From: Candidatus Methylomirabilia bacterium
GTDB lineage: Bacteria; Methylomirabilota; Methylomirabilia; Rokubacteriales; CSP1-6
Reading direction: 5' to 3'
Assembly: GCA_041497895.1 (NCBI GenBank)
Contig: JBGQHJ010000166.1
Span: 1-10,128, forward strand
DNA length: 10,128 nt
Shown here: piece after piece, positions 6,889 to 10,128 of the stretch
How the letters are laid out: each line of letters starts with the position of its first letter
Position numbering within the stretch: the first letter of the stretch is position 1
Position numbers and translations under genes: made by a program
Notes under the pieces: model-generated
What the model was told of the DNA's origin: nothing
What the model saw: the letters and a program-made list of their open reading frames with translations, nothing else
Databases searched by the model: none

Positions 6889-8864
6889 CTCCTGAACTGG
6901 GTTACGCCGCGACGGTCGCGGCCCTGTTGCTGGCGCTCTACGGCTCGGGCGCCGCCGCGCTCAGCGCGGTCAGGGCGCGCGGGGACCTGCGCCGCTCCGC
7001 CGAGCGCGCCGCCGTCGGCGTCTCGGTGCTCGTGGTCGGGTGCATGCTGATGCTGGTGTACGCCTTCCTCACCTTCGACTTCTCGGTGCGCTACGTCGCG
7101 AGCAACACCAACCTGGGCACGCCGTTCTACTACCGCATCACCGCGCTCTGGGGCGCGCTCGAGGGCTCGATCATCCTGTGGACGTTCATGCTCTCGATCT
7201 ACACCCTGATCGTCATCGCGCGCTACCGCCGCACCCAGCCGCAGCTCTACCCGTGGGTGCTCGCGGTGATGCTGGGCCTCTCCGCCTTCTTCCTGCTCGT
7301 GATGACCGTGCCCGCGCCGCCCTTCGAGCGCCTCTCGCCGATTCCCCCGGATGGTCGCGGGCTCAATCCGCTGCTCGAGGACTCCGGGATGATCACGCAC
7401 CCGGTGGCGCTCTATCTGGGCTTCACCGGCTTCACGGTGCCGTTCGCGTTCGCGATGGCCGCGCTGATCATCGGGCGCACCGGCGACGAGTGGATCACCA
7501 TCACCCGGCGCTGGACCATCGTGGCCTGGTACTTCCTCTCGCTCGGCCTGCTGATCGGCGGCTGGTGGAGCTACCACGTGCTGGGCTGGGGCGGCTACTG
7601 GGCGTGGGACCCGGTGGAGAACGCGGCCTTCATGCCCTGGCTCACCGGCACCGCGTTCCTGCACTCGGTGATGATCCAGGAGCGGCGGCGCATGCTGAAG
7701 CTCTGGAACCTGGCCCTGATCATCCTGACCTTCAGCCTGACCCTGTTCGGCACGTTCCTCACCCGCTCCGGCATCATCGGCTCGGTGCACGCCTTCAGCC
7801 AGGGCTCGGTCGGCCAGTTCTTCCTGGGCTTCCTGGCCCTGGTGGTGCTGGGCGCCTTCTCGCTGCTCGCCTGGCGGCTCGACCGGCTCCACGCGCAGGG
7901 CGAGCTCGACTCGATCGTCTCGCGCGAGTCGGCCTTCCTGCTGAACAACCTGTTCCTGGTGGCCGCGGCCTTCACCGTGTTCTTCGGCACCGTGTTCCCG
8001 CTCCTGTCGGAGGCGATCAAGGGCACCAAGGTGAGCGTGGGGGCGCCCTTCTTCAACCTGGTGAACATCCCGATCTTCCTCGCCCTCATCTTCCTCATGG
8101 GCGTGGGGCCGGCCATCGCCTGGCGCCGCGCCTCGGCCGAGAACCTGCGCCGCAACTTCCTCAAGCCGGTGGTGATCGGCATAGCGGCCGCGCTTTTCTG
8201 CCGCCTGCTGGGCATCGCCAACGCGCTGGTGCTCCTCTGCCTGGCGCTGGTCGTCTTCGTGGCCGCCGTCATCATCCTCGACTTCGCCCGCGCCGCCCGC
8301 GCGCGCCGCCGCACCGGCGACGGCTGGCTCGACGCCACCTGGGGCCTCGCGCTCCGCCAGAACCGGCGCTACGGCGGCTTCGTGATCCATCTGGGCATCC
8401 TGGTCCTGGCGCTCGGGGTGGCGGGCTCGCAGGCCTGGTCCACGCAGACCGAGGCCACGCTGAACCGTGGCGAGTCCATGGAGCTGGCCGGCTACACCAT
8501 CCGCTACGACGGCCTGCAGGGAGTGGAGGAGTCGAACCACGCCAAGGTGATCGGCACCTTCACGGTGTCCGACAAGAAGGGCCCCTACACCGTCCTCACC
8601 CCGGCCAAGAAGTTCTACCCGCAGGAGCAGACCCCGATCGCCGCGGTGGACTATCGCCTGGGCTTCGTCGAGGACCTCTACCTGGTGCTGGGCGAGTTCG
8701 CCCGCGACGGCTCGCACGCCACCATCAAGGTGCAGGTCAACCGCATGGTCTCCTGGCTCTGGATCGGCGGCTTCGTGCTGACGCTGGGCGCGGCGCTCGC
8801 CATCGTGCCGGAGCCGCGGCGCCGGCCGGCGGTGCCGCGCGCGGGCCAGACCGTGGTGGCATGA
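6885..8864 (+). CDS. ccmF: Cytochrome c heme lyase CcmF, 659 aa
   Basis: Start MTPELGY at 6885 (ATGA overlap); DFSVRYV, WGALEGS, GLNPLL, HP, WGGYWAWDPVEN, LHS, TRSGIIGSVHAF, HLG motifs. Confidence 0.97.
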   Translation: MTPELGYAATVAALLLALYGSGAAALSAVRARGDLRRSAERAAVGVSVLVVGCMLMLVYAFLTFDFSVRYVASNTNLGTPFYYRITALWGALEGSIILWTFMLSIYTLIVIARYRRTQPQLYPWVLAVMLGLSAFFLLVMTVPAPPFERLSPIPPDGRGLNPLLEDSGMITHPVALYLGFTGFTVPFAFAMAALIIGRTGDEWITITRRWTIVAWYFLSLGLLIGGWWSYHVLGWGGYWAWDPVENAAFMPWLTGTAFLHSVMIQERRRMLKLWNLALIILTFSLTLFGTFLTRSGIIGSVHAFSQGSVGQFFLGFLALVVLGAFSLLAWRLDRLHAQGELDSIVSRESAFLLNNLFLVAAAFTVFFGTVFPLLSEAIKGTKVSVGAPFFNLVNIPIFLALIFLMGVGPAIAWRRASAENLRRNFLKPVVIGIAAALFCRLLGIANALVLLCLALVVFVAAVIILDFARAARARRRTGDGWLDATWGLALRQNRRYGGFVIHLGILVLALGVAGSQAWSTQTEATLNRGESMELAGYTIRYDGLQGVEESNHAKVIGTFTVSDKKGPYTVLTPAKKFYPQEQTPIAAVDYRLGFVEDLYLVLGEFARDGSHATIKVQVNRMVSWLWIGGFVLTLGAALAIVPEPRRRPAVPRAGQTVVA

Positions 8865-9400
8865 GCGGCGCCAGACGCATCCTGCGCTGGGCGATCCCGC
8901 TGGCGGTGGTGCCGGTCCTGGTGCTGCTGGCCTACGGCTTCCGCACCGACCCGCGCGAGATCCCCTCGCCACTCGTGGGCAAGCCGGCCTCCCAGTTCAA
9001 GCTGACCGCGTTCGACGGCAAGCCGCTCGCGCTGGAGGCGCTGCGCGGCCAGGTGGTGATCGTGAACTTCTGGGCCTCGTGGTGCTACCCCGCCTGCTAC
9101 GAGGAGGCCCCGAGCCTCGAGCGCGCCTGGAAGACCTACAAGGACCGCGGCCTCGTGATGGTCGGCGTGAACTACCAGGACAAGGACGAGCCGGCCAAGC
9201 GCTTCCTCGCCCAGTTCGGCCACACCTTCCCGAACGCGCCGGACCCGGGCAGCCGCGTCTCGGTGGACTACGGCGTCTACGGCGTGCCCGAGACCTATTT
9301 CATCGACAAGAAGGGCCGCGTGCGCTTCAAGCGGGTGGGCCCGGTGAGCGACGAGATGCTCAAGGAGCAGATCGAGCGCCTGCTGGCGGAGGCGGCATGA
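8861..9400 (+). CDS. ccmG: CcmG/DsbE/TlpA-like membrane-anchored thioredoxin with atypical CYPAC site, 179 aa
   Basis: Start MSGARRILRW at 8861; TM anchor, PSPLVGKPA, VNFWASWCYPAC, GVYGVPETYFID (cis-Pro loop); positioned between ccmF and ccmH. Confidence 0.88.
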   Translation: MSGARRILRWAIPLAVVPVLVLLAYGFRTDPREIPSPLVGKPASQFKLTAFDGKPLALEALRGQVVIVNFWASWCYPACYEEAPSLERAWKTYKDRGLVMVGVNYQDKDEPAKRFLAQFGHTFPNAPDPGSRVSVDYGVYGVPETYFIDKKGRVRFKRVGPVSDEMLKEQIERLLAEAA

Positions 9401-9903
9401 GCCGGCTCCTCGCGCTGGCCGCGCTGGCGGTGCTGCTCACGGCCGCTCCGCCCGCGCTCGCCGCCGGGCCGGCGGGCGGGCCCACGGCGGCGGCCTCGCC
9501 CGCGGACGCGAAGACCCCGGTGAGCGAGGACACCGTGCACGAGGTGGCCGCGCAGCTCCGCTGCGTGGTCTGCCAGAGCCTCTCCGTGGCCGACTCGCCC
9601 TCGGAGACGGCGCACGAGATGAAGGACATCATCCGCGAGCGCCTGGCCGCCGGCGAGAGCCCCGAGCAGGTCCGCGCCTACTTCGTCGAGAAGTACGGCA
9701 ACTGGATCCTGCTCTCCCCACCGCGCCAGGGATTCAACCTGCTGGTCTGGGTGGTGCCGTTCGCGGGCCTGGGCCTGGGCCTCATCCTGGTGCTGATCGT
9801 CGTCCGTCGCTGGAGCCGCCGCCCCGCGCCCCCCCAGGGCCCGCCGATGGACCCGGCCATGCGCGCGCGCATCCGGCGCGAGATGGTGGAGCGCGAGCCG
9901 TGA
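9397..9903 (+). CDS. ccmH: Cytochrome c maturation protein CcmH (CycL-type), 168 aa
   Basis: Start MSRLLALAAL at 9397; signal peptide, LRCVVCQSLSVADS (LRCxxC), YFVEKYGNWILLSP, C-terminal TM helix. Confidence 0.94.
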   Translation: MSRLLALAALAVLLTAAPPALAAGPAGGPTAAASPADAKTPVSEDTVHEVAAQLRCVVCQSLSVADSPSETAHEMKDIIRERLAAGESPEQVRAYFVEKYGNWILLSPPRQGFNLLVWVVPFAGLGLGLILVLIVVRRWSRRPAPPQGPPMDPAMRARIRREMVEREP

Positions 9904-10128
9904 GCACGCTGCAGATCACGCTGATCGTCGCCTTCGTCCTGCCGACGCTGGCGATCGTGCTCTGGCCGCTCGTCCGCGGCCGGGGCCACGACCCCGGCGC
10001 GGCCGTGGACCGGCCGCGGGACGACCGGCGCCTCGAGCTGGAGGAGGAGAAGACCGCCCTCTACCGCGCCCTGCGCGAGCTCGAGTTCGACCACGAGGCG
10101 GGCCATCTCTCGGACGCCGACTACGAGG
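9900..10128 (+). CDS. ccmI: CcmI/CycH-like protein, N-terminal part (runs off right edge)
   Basis: Not in the ORF track; GTG at 9900 overlapping ccmH stop; MSTLQITLIVAFVLPTLAIVLWPLVRG...ALYRALRELEFDHEAGHLSDADYE resembles the CcmI N-terminus (TM, PL, then L.EL..D...G.L...DY); open to the window edge. Confidence 0.78.
   Translation, partial: MSTLQITLIVAFVLPTLAIVLWPLVRGRGHDPGAAVDRPRDDRRLELEEEKTALYRALRELEFDHEAGHLSDADYE

Noticed and set aside
6840..8972. 710-aa minus-strand ORF, and the Arg/Pro-rich upstream part of + ORF 7040..9400
   Set aside because: Shadow frames of ccmF; only 8861-9400 of the + ORF is a real gene (ccmG).
9457..9520. Ala/Gly/Pro-rich stretch in CcmH and poly-Gly in HtpX
   Set aside because: Ordinary low-complexity linkers, not true tandem repeats.

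Overview
GC-rich bacterial chromosomal window containing two divergent housekeeping blocks. Minus strand (3161->1): the conserved yceD(DUF177)-rpmF-plsX-fabH-fabD lipid/ribosome operon, driven by a near-consensus TTGACA-N17-TATACT promoter; fabD runs off the left edge. Plus strand (3321->10128): htpX with its own sigma70-type promoter, a strong intrinsic-terminator hairpin, then an ordered System I cytochrome c maturation operon ccmABCDEFGHI, with ccmI truncated by the right edge. No mobile elements, CRISPR arrays or RNA genes were recognised, and I found no evidence of a wholly new gene system. The most unusual details are: (1) the CcmG-position thioredoxin has a CX3C (WCYPAC) active site rather than CXXC; (2) a terminator ends only 7 nt before the ccmA start codon, with no promoter or SD evident downstream, so ccm expression may depend on read-through from htpX; (3) FabH deviates from several normally conserved motifs; (4) a possible leaderless internal promoter for plsX. 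All gene calls come from motif recognition and synteny, not database searches.
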